DNA from: Tubiluchus corallicola
Lineage: Eukaryota > Animalia > Priapulida
DNA length: 64,000 bases
Reading direction: 5' to 3'
Assembly: GCA_030141605.1 (NCBI GenBank)
Contig: JAQGDQ010000311.1
Location: forward strand, 1-64,000
Shown here: one piece after another, positions 1 to 14,489 of the stretch
How positions within the stretch are numbered: the first letter of the stretch is position 1
How the letters are laid out: the number at the start of each line of letters is the position of its first letter
Notes under the pieces: model-generated
Told to the model about the DNA's origin: nothing
What the model saw: the letters and a program-made list of their open reading frames with translations, nothing else
Database searches by the model: none
Made by a program: the position numbers and the translations under genes

Positions 1-263
1 ACATACAGGCGTTCCCATGAGATGTGTTTCATTAGAGCTTAAACTTTCTCAAACCTTTCTTACCTTCATTAATACTATGCATGTCGTCTAGGGCATAGAG
101 CAAAGACAGCTGGAACTTAGATATATCTGTACTTAACCAACGATAATAAGTATCATTTTTTGATACCCCAATGTTGGAATAACCTGGCTCAATACTGGTG
201 ATGGTAAAAGCTCACATTTCAAATTTAATGCCAAACTTGGGAAACGGGAAATATTAAAGATTG

Positions 264-338
264 CAACAGAGCCTGGATTTGAACCAAGGACATTCTGCTT
301 ACAAGACAGACGTCTTAGACCACTAGAACTACCTTGTT
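264..338 (-). pseudogene. tRNA-like sequence (anticodon TGT, Thr-like); probably SINE head or tRNA pseudogene
   Basis: Reverse complement folds as a cloverleaf: A-box TAGTTCTAGTGG, anticodon arm TCTGT-CTTGTAA-GCAGA, T arm CTTGG-TTCAAAT-CCAGG. The acceptor stem is imperfect. Confidence 0.6.
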
Positions 339-987
339 CCCCAGCCTGTCCAAAGACAGTCCAATGTTCATTCTTACAGCTGGTCGCTCAGTTCAGCATT
401 TCTAATTTTAGATCACTCAAACTTGCATGATTCTAACTAATTAGATTAATTTTAATTTTTGATTAACTTTAAGTCTCAAATTCGCGAGAGTATCACCTGC
501 TTAATCCCATTTTTGGCGAGCAACTCGGTTGAACTAACGGTTGTATTTTTGACATTGCTGAGGCACCGATTATCAAAACCCGTCTTTTATAATTTCCTAG
601 TGTTCCTGTGTGGCAACAGCACATAGTTGTGGCTTCCCATCTTGCTGCCGTGTATCTCAACCTTTCTGTCTAACACATATATAATATATATAATTTTGTA
701 TATCAAACACTTTCCTATCTGCTCACCTCAACATAGATAAGATTTTTAGGGAGTTTAGTTGACTGTCCTTGTGGGTGGCTTCCTGGGAAGCCCATTGTTG
801 AATATATTCAGCTCACATATATCAAGCAGCTATAGAAATCTCTAAAGCTCCTGATATGATACGTGTAAGGAATCCCCTATACAATAGCTGTAATGTACAG
901 CCGGTATTCTTGCCTGACTGACCTTGTAGTCTTAAATTCCTTGCACCACCAAAATAGAAAATATGATAGAGTATGACAAGACAGGAT

Positions 988-3925
988 GTGGCAGGACAGG
1001 ACAGGAGTCACAGGAGAGGACAGGACAGGAGTCACACTACTCACAGGAGAGGGCAGGGCAGGACAGACCAGGAGCCACAGTACTCACAGGAAAAGACAGG
1101 ACAGGGCAGGAGTCACAGTACTCACAGCAGAGGACAGAACAGGACAGGAGTTACAGTACTCACAGGAAACTACAGAACAGGACAGGAGTCACAGGAGAGG
1201 ACAGGGCAGGAGTCACAGTACTCACAGGAGAGGGCAGGGCAGGACAGGGCAGGAGTCACAGTACTCACAGGAAAGGACAGGGCAGGAGTCACAGTACTCA
1301 CAGGAGAGGGCAGGGCAGGACAGGGCAGGAGTCACAGTACTCACAGGAAAGGACAGGGCAGGACAGGAGTCACAGTACTCACAGGAAAGGACAGAATAAG
1401 ACAGGAGACACACTACTCACAGGAGAGGGCAGGGCAGGACAGGGCAGGAGTCAGAATATTCACAGGAGAGGGCAGGGCAGGTCAGGGCAGGAGTCACAGT
1501 ACTCACAGGAAAGGACAAGACGGGCCAGGAGTTACAGTACTCATAGGAAAGGACAGAAGAGGACAGGAGTCACACTACTCACAGGAAAGGACAGGAGTCA
1601 CAGTACTTACAGCAGAGGACAGGACAGGCCAGGAGCCACAGTACTCACAGGAAAAGACAGGACAGGGCAGGAGTCACAGTACTCACAGCAGAGGACAGAA
1701 CAGGACAGGAGTCACAGTACTCACAGGAAAGGACAGAACAGGACAGGAGTCACAGTACTCACAGGAAAGGACAGAACAGGACAGGAGTCACACTACTCAC
1801 AGGAAAGGACAGAACAGGACAGGAGTCACAGTACTCACAGGAAAGGACAGAACAGGACAGGAGTCACAGTACTCACAGGAAAGGACAGAACAGGACAGGA
1901 GTCACAGTACTCACAGGAGAGGACAGGGCAGGAGTCACAGTACTCACAGGAGAGGGCAGGGCAGGACAGGGCAGGAGTTACAGTACTCATAGGAAAGGAC
2001 AGAACAGGACAGGAGTCACAGTACTCACAGGAGAGGACAGGGCAGGAGTCACAGTACTCACAGGAGAGGGCAGGGCAGGACAGGGCAGGAGTCAGAATAT
2101 TCACAGGAGAGGGCAGGGCAGGACAGGGCAGGAGTCACAGTACTCACAGGAAAGGACAAGACGGGCCAGGAGTTACAGTACTCATAGGAAAGGACAGAAG
2201 AGGACAGGAGTCACACTACTCACAGGAAAGGACAGGAGTCACAGTACTTACAGGAGAGGGCAGGACAGGGCAGGGCAGGATTCACAGTACTCATAGCAGA
2301 GGACAGAACAGGCCAGGAGTCACAGTACTCACAGGAGAGGGCAGGGCAGGACAGACCAGGAGTCACAGTACTCACAGGAGAGGGCAGGGAAGGACAGACC
2401 AGGAGTCACAGTACTCAGAGGAGAGGACAGGGCAGGAGTCACACTACTCACAGGAGAGGGCAGGGCAGGACAGGGCAGGAGTCAGCGTATTCACAGGAGA
2501 GGGCAGGGCAGGACAGGGCAGGGTAGGACAGGCCAGGAGTTACAGTAGTCACAGGAGAGGGCAGGGCAGGACAGGGCAGGAGTCAGAGTATTCACAGGAG
2601 AGGGAAGGGCAGGACAGGCCAGGAGTCACAGTACTCACAGGAGAGGGCAGGGCAGGACAGGGCAGGAGTCAGAGTATTCACAGGAGAGGGCAGGGCAGGA
2701 CAGGCCAGGAGTCACAGTACTCACAGGAGAGGGCAGGGCAGGACAGGGCAGGAGTCAGAGTATTCACAGGAGAGGGCAGGGCAGGACAGGCCAGGAGTCA
2801 CAGTACTCACAGGAGAGGGCAGGGCAGGACAGGGCAGGAGTCAGAGTATTCACAGGAGAGGGCAGGGCAGGACAGGCCAGGAGTCACAGTACTCACAGGA
2901 GAGGGCAGGGCAGGACAGGGCAGGAGTCAGAGTATTCACAGGAGAGGGCAGGGCAGGACAGGCCAGGAGTCACAGTACTCACAGGAGAGGGCAGGGCAGG
3001 ACAGGGCAGGAGTCAGAGTATTCACAGGAGAGGGCAGGGCAGGACAGGCCAGGAGTCACAGTACTCACAGGAGAGGGCAGGGCAGGACAGGGCAGGAGTC
3101 AGAGTATTCACAGGAGAGGGCAGGGCAGGACAGGGCAGGAGTCACAGTACTGAGAGGAAAGGACAAGACGGGCCAGGAGTCACAGTACTCACAGGAAAGG
3201 ACAGAACAGGACAGGAGTCACAGTAGTCACAGGAAAGGACAAGACAGGCCAGGAGTTACAGTACTCACAGGAAAGGACAGAACAGGACAGGAGTCACAGG
3301 AGAGGACAAGAGTCACACTACTCACAGGAGAGGGCAGGGCAGGACAGGCCAGGAGTCACAGTACTTACAGCAGAGGACAGAACAGGCTAGGAGTTACAGT
3401 ACTCACAGGAAAGGACAGAACAAGACAGGAGTCACAGTACTCACAGGAGAGGGCAGGGCAGAACAGGCCAGGAGTCACATACTCACAGGAGAGGGCAGGG
3501 CAGGACAGGCCAGGAGTCACATACTCACTGGAGAGGGCAGGAGTCGCAGTACTCACAGCAGAGGGCAGAACAGGCCAGAAGTTACAGTACTCACAGGACA
3601 GGCCAGGAGTCACAGTACTCACAGGAGAGGGCAGGGCAGGACAGGCCAGGAGTCACAGTACTCACAGGAAAGGACAAGACAGGCCAGGAGTCACAGTACT
3701 CACAGGAAAGGACAGAACAGGACAGGAGTTACAGTACTCACAGGAAAGGACAGAACAGGACAGGAGTCACAGTACTCACAGGATAGGACAGGACAGCACA
3801 GGAGTCACACAACTCAAAAGAGTGGGCAGGGAAGGACAGACCAGGAGTCACAGTACTCACAGTAAAGGACAGGACAAGCCAGGAGTCACAGTACTCACAG
3901 CAGAGGACAGAACAGGACAGGACAA
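988..3925 (+). repeat. Purine-rich composite minisatellite (~2.9 kb)
   Basis: Core AGGAGTCACAGTACTCACAGG plus variable (CAGG/GCAGG/ACAGA)n spacers, units about 30-45 bp. Confidence 0.95.
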
Positions 3926-5837
3926 AACAGTGGAGACCAGAGCTGGGAAAGACAGAACATTATTGTCAATTCAGATATTTGCCAAACAGATTCTGTGAAG
4001 CCTCGCTGCTCTCGTTCTTCTTATCACATCATCGTAATCACATTATATAGATTAGGTTTGCAGTATTTTTGCACATATATGGATTAATTTGGCTTTGCCC
4101 AAAGGTTAATGTTTAAGCCGCCTAGCAAAGAAGCTTTGAGCCACATTCCAAAACTTGAATCCATTCTTACAACGAAGCGCCCCTCTTTTCTGCCGTTTGT
4201 CCATTCTCTGCCACTGACAATGGATTTGGAAGAAAGAGCATCCTTCAGTGAATGGGCAGTGGAATAAGTCGAGTAAAGGTGTGAAGTGTCCTGTCCATCT
4301 AGTGTTTGCCTTTCCTGAACAAGGTTGTTAATTAATGTGAGAAATTTAGATAGTGGACAGCCGTTTGCGGTTGACCTTTCCAGGATTGGGGGTACTAGTA
4401 TTGTTCATTACTGTAGGGGTGTACTAGATTGAGAAGTGTACTAACCCTGTACTTAGACGGATTATAAGCCTAATGATAAGCAAGTTTTCGGCAGTTCGAG
4501 TTTGATATTCACATATTACAGTTTACAGTAAACTCTATGGTCACATCTTGCTTTGATCATGTATATGTTTAACATGAAAGCGGAAAAGAATTGAATAATG
4601 CCAGTTTTATTTTCCGTTTCTCATTTTTCGTAGAGTTTGTTCTTACTTCACTGAAATTAAACGGGTATACACTTTTGCGAACGGCTTAGTGGGTTTTACA
4701 CGGCCTCGTGAGATTGCGCAGAACATTTTTTTACTTTTTTCTGAAGTCTTTCAACATTTTACGATACAGCACTTCTCAGAATTTTGGACAATTTATTCCT
4801 ATGGATGCCGTCGTCAATATCACTTATGTAAATTAGAGACAATAGAGGTCCCACGACTGATCCTTGAGGTTCCCCTGAAGAAACTGACACCTATTGTGAA
4901 AAACTACTACTAGTTACCAACTACAATTCCTTTCACACAACCAATCTATCTTCCATACATTAAGTACATTTACACCTTTAATTTACCAGGCATGCAACTA
5001 CCTGTGAGACATTTTATCGAATGTGTTTCATCAACCACTGGTATAAAATGTTTCTCTTACAAATTCAATAAAGTCTAATAGATTTGTAACTCAAGACTTT
5101 GAACTGGATTGAGACTTGGGTTCGATCCCTTAACGGAATTTCCTCTTAGACTTTTTTCATGTTATTCAGGTGGCCATCTCTTGGGTACTGTAGTATATGA
5201 CATTGTACGTTTACTTTCTGTAAAAATTGAGTTAGTGATCGTAATAGTAACAAGTATAGTAACAAGCTTTTTCTTTTTAATTCATACTGGTCTACGCCCA
5301 TTTTGCAGAAACTAACGTTAATAACTTAGTATGATATGTAAGAGTATAGTTACTATAGTAAAAACCTTTCTTGTAAGTTCTAATAGACAGTTGCTTCGTT
5401 GACGATTGTTCTGAACAAACCGATTGGTAGCACAACACTTTTTGGCAGGCTGCCAAGATCTACTCAAACTTTACAAGTAGTATCATGTTACTCATGCAGA
5501 TGGAATATTATAATAATTGCGGTCACGTCTTCAATCAGCACATTAAACATTCAACAAATTCATCAAGTTTATTTATTTATTGAACTCTATAATCGATAAT
5601 TTACGGTTATTCATAATTGCTCAAGACACTGTGCGCGCAGCAAAATGCTGGTCTATTATTAGCAATAAAGCTGAGTGGAATGTAAATTCACTTGGCGTGT
5701 TTATTGCTCAGTTTAATATCATTAATCAAACGCTTTGATCGATGTGATTTGAACGCCAGCTGAGGCGAATTTTTTGTTGAAGCTGCAGTGTAATTATGAA
5801 GTAACTGCGAGACACTTAGCTAGTAAACGCATACATA

Positions 5838-6130
5838 TTTGTTGTTGTTGTTGTTGTGCCGCTGTGGTTGTCGTTGTTGTTGTCGTTGCTGCTGCTGCTG
5901 TTGTCGTCATCGTCGTTGTCATTGTCGCTGCTGCTGCTGTTCTTGTTCTTGTTGCAACAGCAGTAACAGCAGCAGCAACGACAACCACAGAGGCAACAGC
6001 AAAGCACCGTATAACGCTGTTGCTGCTGTTGCTCTTAAGTGTTGTTGCTGTTGCTGTTGCCGTGGTTGTTGGTGATACCTCTGCTACTGATGCTGTTCCT
6101 GTTATTATTATTGTTGCTGCTGCTGTTGTT
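5838..6130. repeat. Degenerate (GTT/GCT)n microsatellite
   Basis: Direct inspection. Confidence 0.9.
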
Positions 6131-7299
6131 TGTTATGGTCTAATACTCAATTCTGTATTATTGGCTGTTGGCGGGTAATCTATTAATTCAGTGGTTTATT
6201 TCTTCCTGTCGTAAATGCCAACGTGTTAACATACAAGTTTATTACGAAAAATTCTTTCAGTGTTATTCACTTTTAAGTTTGGTCAAGGATGAATAAAAAT
6301 TTAATGGTCTGCAATATACTCATGAAAAATTTTACTAATTTTTATTTCGTCTGGTTATTTGTTCCTTCATAACTACGTGTTACTATAGAACTATGAACTA
6401 TGAAATTTTTTTTTTGACACATCAAAAAATACTATATCAAACACATTAATAAACTTTAAATAAAATAATTTGAGTAGTGCGAGTGAGTGACGACCATACG
6501 TCATTAACACACTCACCTACAAAAAAAAAAAAACACCAAAACAAAAAAAGATGAAGTAAGTGATGTAATAATATGATTAGTGGAGGTGAGTGTACGACCA
6601 TACGGTCATTAACACACTCACCTTACTTAAATGAAAAAATGATTATAGTTATGCATGCTTCTGTAGTTAACTTAATGTAAATAAGGATGAAGTAAATGAT
6701 GTAATAATAGCAACGGTATAAGAGCAATAAACCTGAAACTTGAAAAAGGAAAACATAATACGTAGTTACGACTTTGAGTGAGCCTTAAAGAGTGAATAAA
6801 ATTGTTTAAATAGTTACGAATATGAATTATGTGATTATCTGTCAATGCACCACATTGCTTACTTGTATATGCTTTGTATGATAAAAAACGAAGTGGCAGT
6901 ATGGGGCATGGTATCCACGCTTAATAAAACCTAGTGGTCTCTGTAATGATTAAATTCGTGTCTGACAAAAGCAGTTGCGTCAGGATAATGAGGATACTGG
7001 TTTTGTGTGACCATATAGAAAATTAAACGTACTTGCCCTTATAATATTCAAAACAATTTTTACTCAGAAGATTGTGCATGAACTTTGCCGAAATTAAAAG
7101 TTTTGTATAGGATCATTTCAGTTCTTGCAAATCATATGGGTTTTTTTTAGTCTTTGTGGTTTCCTGCTAGTGTTCTGTTTTCATATTGTGTTTGGAAATC
7201 ATTTTAATTGTTCTCCCTGTTTCCATTTCTGAAAAGTAATTAATAAATTGTCGAACTTAAATGATACAAATAACTTATATTTAAATACATTAACAACAT

Positions 7300-7822
7300 C
7301 AGCAAACCCTTCCAGAATAGCAGATTTACCTTTTTTCCAAATCCTACGTCAATCCCAGAACAAGCAATCTAAAACAAATGAGGACAAATACCCACTGTTA
7401 AACGAACTCTGCAATCAAGCAAGCAGCTCTACTTTGGAATTCTCTACCATTACAGCTTAAACAAATCAAGTCCCTATCAGCATTTAAAACAAAATTACAA
7501 TCACTAATATTAACCAGATATGAAATACCATGACACCTGTACGACAACATACACGCTAATTCAGAATTTTTATATCCACGGCCATATTAATTAAATCATA
7601 ATTTTTTCATTTTTTTTGTGCATAGTTGTAAATATGTTTGATTTTATTCGTCGTTACTTTCCATTACTGCACAGTAGTTTAGATTGCACTGACGCATTTG
7701 CCTTCAGCAGTGTAAGTTTTTATTAACTAACACTGATTGATCATCTCTGTAAAGTTTTTATCAGTGATTATCAATGTATTTTAATGGCAAATAAAGACTA
7801 TTATATATATATATATATATAT
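7300..7822 (+). mobile_element. 5'-truncated LINE 3' end (CR1/L2-group ORF2 C-terminus plus 3' UTR)
   Basis: Frame reads QAALLWNSLPLQLKQIKSLSAFKTKLQSLILTRYEIP*, the WNSLP...FK.KL motif of LINE ORF2 ends. Ends AATAAA...(TA)n. Near-identical inverted copy at 30089-30497. Confidence 0.8.
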
Positions 7823-10597
7823 AATCACTAAAGAATTTACTATAATTAGTCACGTATACTCTGTGCTAAGCTGCATTAACTACAATGTGACAGGAATGCT
7901 TACAGTTCTGCATGTGTGGTCGGTCTTTATTAAAGAGGTGGCGATGTTAATTGAAAAGACACAAAGAAACGGCACTTGTAAATTCTACCCTTTGTATTGT
8001 CAAGTGTTTTTCCTTCGTTGTTGTGCATGCATGGCTGCCACGATACTCACACGTACAATAAATATTCATTTTCAAAGCCAACAGTCAGAAAGAAATGGCA
8101 AAATTCACAATGATTGACTGCTTAACTAAATGATCCCTATTTTACCTCCATGAACTCTGAGCACACGTTTATTAAATGACGCGTTTTTATGCAAGAACTG
8201 ATGATTTATAACGTTCAAGGATGCGAATGAAATCATAACTTATAACTAGATTTTGCGGACGAAATTCAATTAAAATAATGTGACCGTAACGTATTGGACT
8301 TGTATTAAATTTAAAATTCTACAGTCAGAAATTCGTAATAAATATAAAAATGCATAAATTTCAATGATAAAACGTTTTCGAATAGTATTTAAATAAAAAA
8401 ACGTTTTCATGTTTTAAATGTCTATATTTATATTAAGGTTTCTCCTACATCAAGAGTGTTATATCCGTGAATCAACATTAAATTTCGATACCAGAGGTCG
8501 CTTTGTGTGCAGTGGCTTTTGGTGAATGAGTAATAAGATTGCTGTTTTTGCCTTACATAATTTAACATGTAATCGTGAGCCTATCACTTTGTATGATAAA
8601 AAAAACTAAGTGGCATTATGGCATGGTATTCACGCTTAATAAAACCTAGTGGTCTCTGTAATGATTAAATTCGTGTCTGACAAAGGCACGTGTAAAGTGA
8701 GCTGTACACAGTTGCGTCAGAATACTGGTTTTGTGTGACCACTTTCATCAGTCTCTTGTACCGCGCATGAATTTCCCACAACCAATCAACTGAATTGTCC
8801 CGTTCGGTATTGTCCCGTTGAAAACACTCACTGAACGGATGGTTTGGCAATGAGTATGTCACATTGGGGCTTTTGTTCAATTAATATAGCAGCTGGTGTC
8901 TTTGATTGCTGGCGAACCTTGCAACTGTTGTCTGAAATGTAGAACTACTTAATGACATATTACAACTGTTGTAAATTGTCTGAAACATAAAACTGCTAAG
9001 TGATTTTGTGAGGGTTAAATTACTTTATGGGCAGAGGCTGCTGAAACCGTAGGGAGGTAGTATGTCGGTGTTGTCTACAGATCGTTTTATTGATGTACAT
9101 CGTGTTGACTTTTTCTTTGCTTGGTCGTAGTTACCTGCAGAGAAACCGCTTAACCTTCTCTACCTACTTGAGGAGGGCCGTTTAAATTAAGCTGCTTAAC
9201 CAAAACTGACTTTGGTCAATTACTGGATAGGTGACACGTCAAGAGACAGTGTTGGTCACTAATTATGACACAAGGATATTCTGCACCCAGGCATCTTGGC
9301 ATCATTTTAGCTCTCCCCCTTCTGCGAATCTGCTTCGGCCACTTTCTCTGTTTCTCCCATTTTCTTTCTTCTCTCCTGTCTTTCTTTTCCTTGGTTCTTG
9401 ATGCATCCTCTTCCTATTGTGGATTTAACGGAAGGAGCACTCCCCACTGCAAGACTCGCTAATGATATCAGTGTTCAAGATGGTTGTTCAGAGGTGTCAT
9501 GTCTCATTGAAAGCTCTGTACGGATTTCCGATCAGCTATCTATTGTTTCGTGGTCAAGTGTGAAGTGTGCCTTTGTATATAGAAGTAGATAAGCCGGTTA
9601 TATAATAGACGTCCAGTGGCCTGTTCTAGTAGACCTCAGAGAACTGTACAGCTGGTCAACTCATTTTTATCCCACGTATCGTGATTATAGCGCCCATTCT
9701 CCTGATTTCCCCGAAGGGACATCCTTTCATGGTGTGTTTTTGTGTGTTAAAAATTAGCGTGAACTCCAATAAGAAAAATAGAAGTCCAGTTACTGTACAG
9801 TATTTTATTTTTTATTTATTATTATTACCATATTCAGTACAATATAAAGCACACAGTGACATCAAAATTATTACGTCATACTATATTAAATTGTTATGTT
9901 TCATACACTATCGTTATCATAAAATAATAATTGTACTGCAGTGGGCTAGAGAAGCAAAGGCTTGTATAAGCCCACTGTCATGTGAACCTGATAAAAAAAT
10001 GGATGAGTGAACAAAAAAAAGAACTGGGAGAAAGGTTAGATCACGCAGGAAGGGTAGAAGGATGTGTTAGTGGAAATGGTAGGAAGAAAGATAATAGATT
10101 GCGCTAGGTTGACATCAGCTCTAAAGATTTATCAATGATGCCTTGTTTTGCATAATCTGTACCAGGATTGTGGTATGACTGCTACAGTATCGTACAGTGA
10201 ACAAAAGTTTCAGTTGCTTAGCGTACATTGTTACAGATCTCATCGATACATCAACTTTTTCTGACTTTTCCGTGGGAATCTGAGTTTAACTTGAGAATTG
10301 TTTCACGTCTTAACGTTTCGTTTTGAATAGCCGTTTTCCGGATCGCGACGTGTTTATAGCTGAGAAATATCCGGTTAGCAGGCCTGGTTATCATTCCAGG
10401 CGAAAGAATTTACTGCGCCGTTTTGCTAAAACGTTTCTAGTAACTCCTTGTGAACTTTTTCGTGCGTGGTATTTCCCACTCCTGTTTACTTGACTACTCG
10501 TCTTTGTTGTTTCTTCTACACGTAAAAATGCGTTTCGGCCTGTCAGCAAGACATAAGCAGTCGGTCAGTCAGTCCGTTAATCAGTCAAAATAACGCA

Positions 10598-10910
10598 TCA
10601 TAAGTCATTTATTTCACATTACACATTTACAATAGTTTCATGTACAATATATAGTGAAAGGGCCTACAATGAACATAATACAAATAAGCATTTATTGTTT
10701 CTGCACAAGAAAAGCCTCAAACACTGTTCACCTGTATACGAAGGTAAATGTGTTGTGTTCAATCAAAAAGCAGGGCTTGTTAGATTGTCACACACTGTGA
10801 AAGAAAAAAAGTAATGAAAATAAACTGAAAATTTAAAGTGAATCGTATGATAAAAAAAACATTAGTGCTTAAAATGCAATGATGTAATGAATGAAGGTCA
10901 CATATGAGAT
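10598..10910 (-). mobile_element. Interspersed repeat, probable LINE 3' UTR
   Basis: Reverse-complement match to 51108-51428 (e.g. GGGCCTACAATGAACATAAT, GAAAAGCCTCAAACACTGTTCACCT). Confidence 0.7.
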
Positions 10911-12811
10911 GATATAAAAGATAGAAAGACTATTATTTGTTAATAGTATGTAAAATTAAGACAACGCATTCATTAGAGTGACTGTCACTTACTAATTCAA
11001 TCAGTCGCAAGTCAGATAACTATGTACGATGTGTGAAACAGCATCAAGTTTATAATTTTTTTCATTAGTCGTTTCCACCCACTTGCAATTTCCACAGCGG
11101 CCTCTCGAATAAACAAGCCCAAAAATGCAGCAGCAACAAAAAATCAATATTTGCTCAGGTAAGGAGCGATGCAAGACTTCCCTGTCTGTTTAGCAATATT
11201 TAACGGAACCTGTTAATCTTGTTTCTACACAAAGCGCCTATAATTGCTAAGTTTGAAAACACGCGTGCCAAGCAAAACAGATCCCTGTGCTGCGTAAACA
11301 GAGACGGTGGTGGCGCGAAGTTTTTCCTTTTTTTCTTCCAGCTCTTCCTTCCCGATTTTTCCGGGATATTTCCCGATGTGTGTTTCAAACAGCAGGAATC
11401 GTCTGCCTGACTTGTTGTGTTAAGGAAACGTAAGCCAGCATACCAAAGTTTAACGATAGCAAATCATTACAATTTCATTCGCAAAAAGGATTCCGACGGG
11501 AAAAAACCTTAGCTAAAACGGTTAACACGAATTTTAACACAACAAACTTTGAATTTGCTGGTATCGTTTAACAAATCGTATTTAACCTCGCAAATAAACT
11601 TCAACTTCATCTGGTGAGGGAAGCGTTGAAGCGTTTACGGGGGCAACCACAAGAAGATTATTCGGCAGTCTGTCAGAGCAGGAAAGATCTGCATGACAAC
11701 AGTTGCAAATCTCTGTCAATATTATTTATTTATTTTATTCTTAGAGCCTGGCACAAAGTTCATAAAAAATAAATACTAAGAATAGATACACTCATTAGAC
11801 CGGAATAAATACGTGAGACTAAAATAATGAAAATATGTGCTAAGAACTAAAGGTGCCGGGAATGGTGCAGATATAAAAATTTACACAAATCTTGTATTGT
11901 TTACACAAGGAAGCCATTGTTTATACGTATCTAATGTACAGTAATGACAAGCTCAATAAAGCAGTACCGAATTCATACTAGCTGGCGTTGAATTATTGCA
12001 GTAGTATTTTACTGTTTCTAATGATACATAATGCGGGCTTCAACATAGCATTATTCAGATAAAGTATATATATGTAGTCATATACTCTTTCCGTCCCTTT
12101 TCTGGGAAAGGTCATTTTCAAGCTGTGATGATGTTTTAATTTTTAAATACGATAATTCAAGTACATTGTACTACAAAGCGATTGAATGCACAATTCAAAA
12201 TTAGTAACTTAAACTAAAGTGTTTTATTCATTTCCTCAGATCAGAGTTTCTTATGGGTAAATGTCAAATTCGTCTTTTAACCAAAAGAAATGACTGGAAA
12301 ATCGTTATCATCATTTCTCGAAGTACAAAAATTGCAAAATTGGGTATATATGTATATATCGAGGAAAAAGTATGTCTATTTATGTCATGTAATTAATTCA
12401 CGTGATGATCTGTCAACAGAAACTAGAATTACGTATTTTTAAAAACTAGAATTAAATTTTATATTTAAAATAGCTTGAAAATTATACATAAAGAGAGCCA
12501 AAATGTAGCCACTATTTCATTTATTTTAAAATATTAAAGCCTCACTATTTTTACGAATATGATGAGGATTGTTATTGTATTTTGTATTTTTTTATTATTT
12601 TACTCAAAAATAGCAATAATTAATAAGTACCAACTATTAGAACAACGCCGCATTCAACGACCATTATTAAGAATAATTAATCATTTTCATAATTTTATCA
12701 TTTCAGAACTAGCAGTGAAGGATTTTATATACGTGCATTGTTCTACAATTTTAAAATAACAGTGATTTGATAAAAGCTGTTTGTCTGCTTAGTTTAGAAC
12801 TAAAATAGTTG

Positions 12812-12948
12812 AAAACAACAATGACAATAGCAACACCAGCAGCAGCAACAACAACAACGATAACAGCAGCAGCAACAACAACACTACAACAGCAGTAGTG
12901 GCAACAACAGATGCAGCAAAAACAGCAACAACAACACTACGACAACAG
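12812..12948. repeat. Degenerate (CAA/CAG)n microsatellite
   Basis: Direct inspection. Confidence 0.85.
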
Positions 12949-13279
12949 TGGTGGCACTTTAATATGAATAGTTTGATAAGAATTGTTTGTTTGATCAATA
13001 TTGTCAGGTTCTAACAGACTGTTATTATTTTTTGTCAATATGTCAGCAAGGCACTTTACCTGCCTGGGATAATAATGGTAATAAATGGTTTATTGCACGA
13101 TCAGTTTGCTGGAGATTCTGTGATTTCACGAACCCTTGTAGGTAATACTGCAAACTAGAAGCCTACTGTTAATGTTCAATTGTTGTGGCGGGATCGGGAC
13201 TCGCCTCGTTGCGAAGAATAATTCGCTAAAATGAAACACCAAACAGGCCGTGATGTCTTCGTCATATACGGATATTTAT

Positions 13280-13618
13280 TAGAGGCGAGCATCGAACGTT
13301 TTTTAGTTCGAATTCGATTCGAAACTAAATCTATAGATTCAATGCACATCATGCCATTAGCACAGTTTAACTGTGATCTCTGTGCACAATTTTTTAAACA
13401 ATTATACGCCTTTTTACTGCAGAGCAAAATCGAGCAATATGCATGATCTTTGTAAGATCAGTTTTTACTGGTGGTTTGAAAACCTGTTCGAAAATCTGTC
13501 AAATTGAATTCCAGTTCGATTCGAATTCGAAATACTGAATTTCGGTTCGATTCGAATTCGAAAGTCACAAATTGGATTCGATTCGAATTCGCTTTGTGGT
13601 AGAGATTGCTCACCCTTA
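13280..13618. mobile_element. hAT-like MITE
   Basis: Ends TAGAGGCGAGCA ... TGCTCACCCTTA (imperfect TIR), subterminal TTCGAA/TTCGAT repeats, 8-bp flanks ATATTTAT / ATATTTGT (7 of 8 match). Confidence 0.65.
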
Positions 13619-13935
13619 ATATTTGTGCATCGTGTATCAGTAGTCGAAGACAGTATGACAAATGAAACTGCCCAAAAGTTTTACTGGCAGTCACCTATCC
13701 GTGTATAAACCAGTCCCGACGTTGCTTGACTATCGTAGCGAATACGTCGTCACCTTTAATGTGGTTAAACAGCCCCACTGATTTCACCCCATTGTAATAT
13801 TTGTACATCATGTATCAGTAGTCGAAGAAGTTTTACTGGCAGTCACCTATCTGTATATAAACCTGCCCCGACGTTGCTTGACTGTCGTAGCGAACACGTC
13901 GTCACCTTTAATGTGGTTAAACAGCCCCATTGTAA
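13619..13935 (+). repeat. Local tandem duplication (~140-180 bp, 2 copies)
   Basis: AAGTTTTACTGGCAGTCACCTATC...CACCTTTAATGTGGTTAAACAGCCCCA occurs twice. Confidence 0.85.
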
Positions 13936-14489
13936 TCCATCAAGAATTTCAAACGTGTGGAGTATACAGGCTTTCCGTTTTCTTTCTCTGTAACTTGGCA
14001 TAATTTGAAGTGACAGGTATTTAATGCTTTTTCACTGTACAGGTATTGTGAAGTGTAACAACGTGTTCTACGTAAGCGTTATGAGCGCATTAGAAACGTC
14101 TACTCCAGTTAGAACCGTGCTTTATATAAAATTCATTCATTTTGGCTTACTACATTAATTCTTGTTCGGTTGTTTGCGTGTAATCTGATTTGATTAATAA
14201 ATTTTTCTCGCTTTATACAGCCAACCTTTTCGCAGATTAAACTTATAAGAATACGAACGTAAAATGGTCGCTTTTCGTTCAACCTTTGTGAATCCGGGTA
14301 ACGCGTTATGTCATTAAACGTGCCATTAAACGTGCGTTCATTTGAAGACGTCTTTTTGCCATTTTTTTGATTTATTGGGCACTGAATGCCGGAATTACAG
14401 GTTAACCCAATTTCCTGTGACTGTCCATTGACTGACTATAGGTAGGTAGCCGGGGGGAGGGGGGTGTGTGGTGAGTAAAATGAAGACTG

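Noticed and set aside
963-3998. 1011-aa ORF (and overlapping ORFs) over the purine-rich array
   Set aside because: The T-poor minisatellite rarely makes stops. The translation cycles through all three frames of the same unit, so there is no frame conservation and no domain.
4090-4260. Possible transposase remnant on the minus strand (REWTNGRKEGRFVV...)
   Set aside because: Too short and interrupted to assign without a profile search.
5774-6178. Hydrophobic poly-V/A ORFs (also 14468-14929, 26170-26704, 28253-28539, 29509-29787, 46580-46924)
   Set aside because: All are translations of microsatellites.
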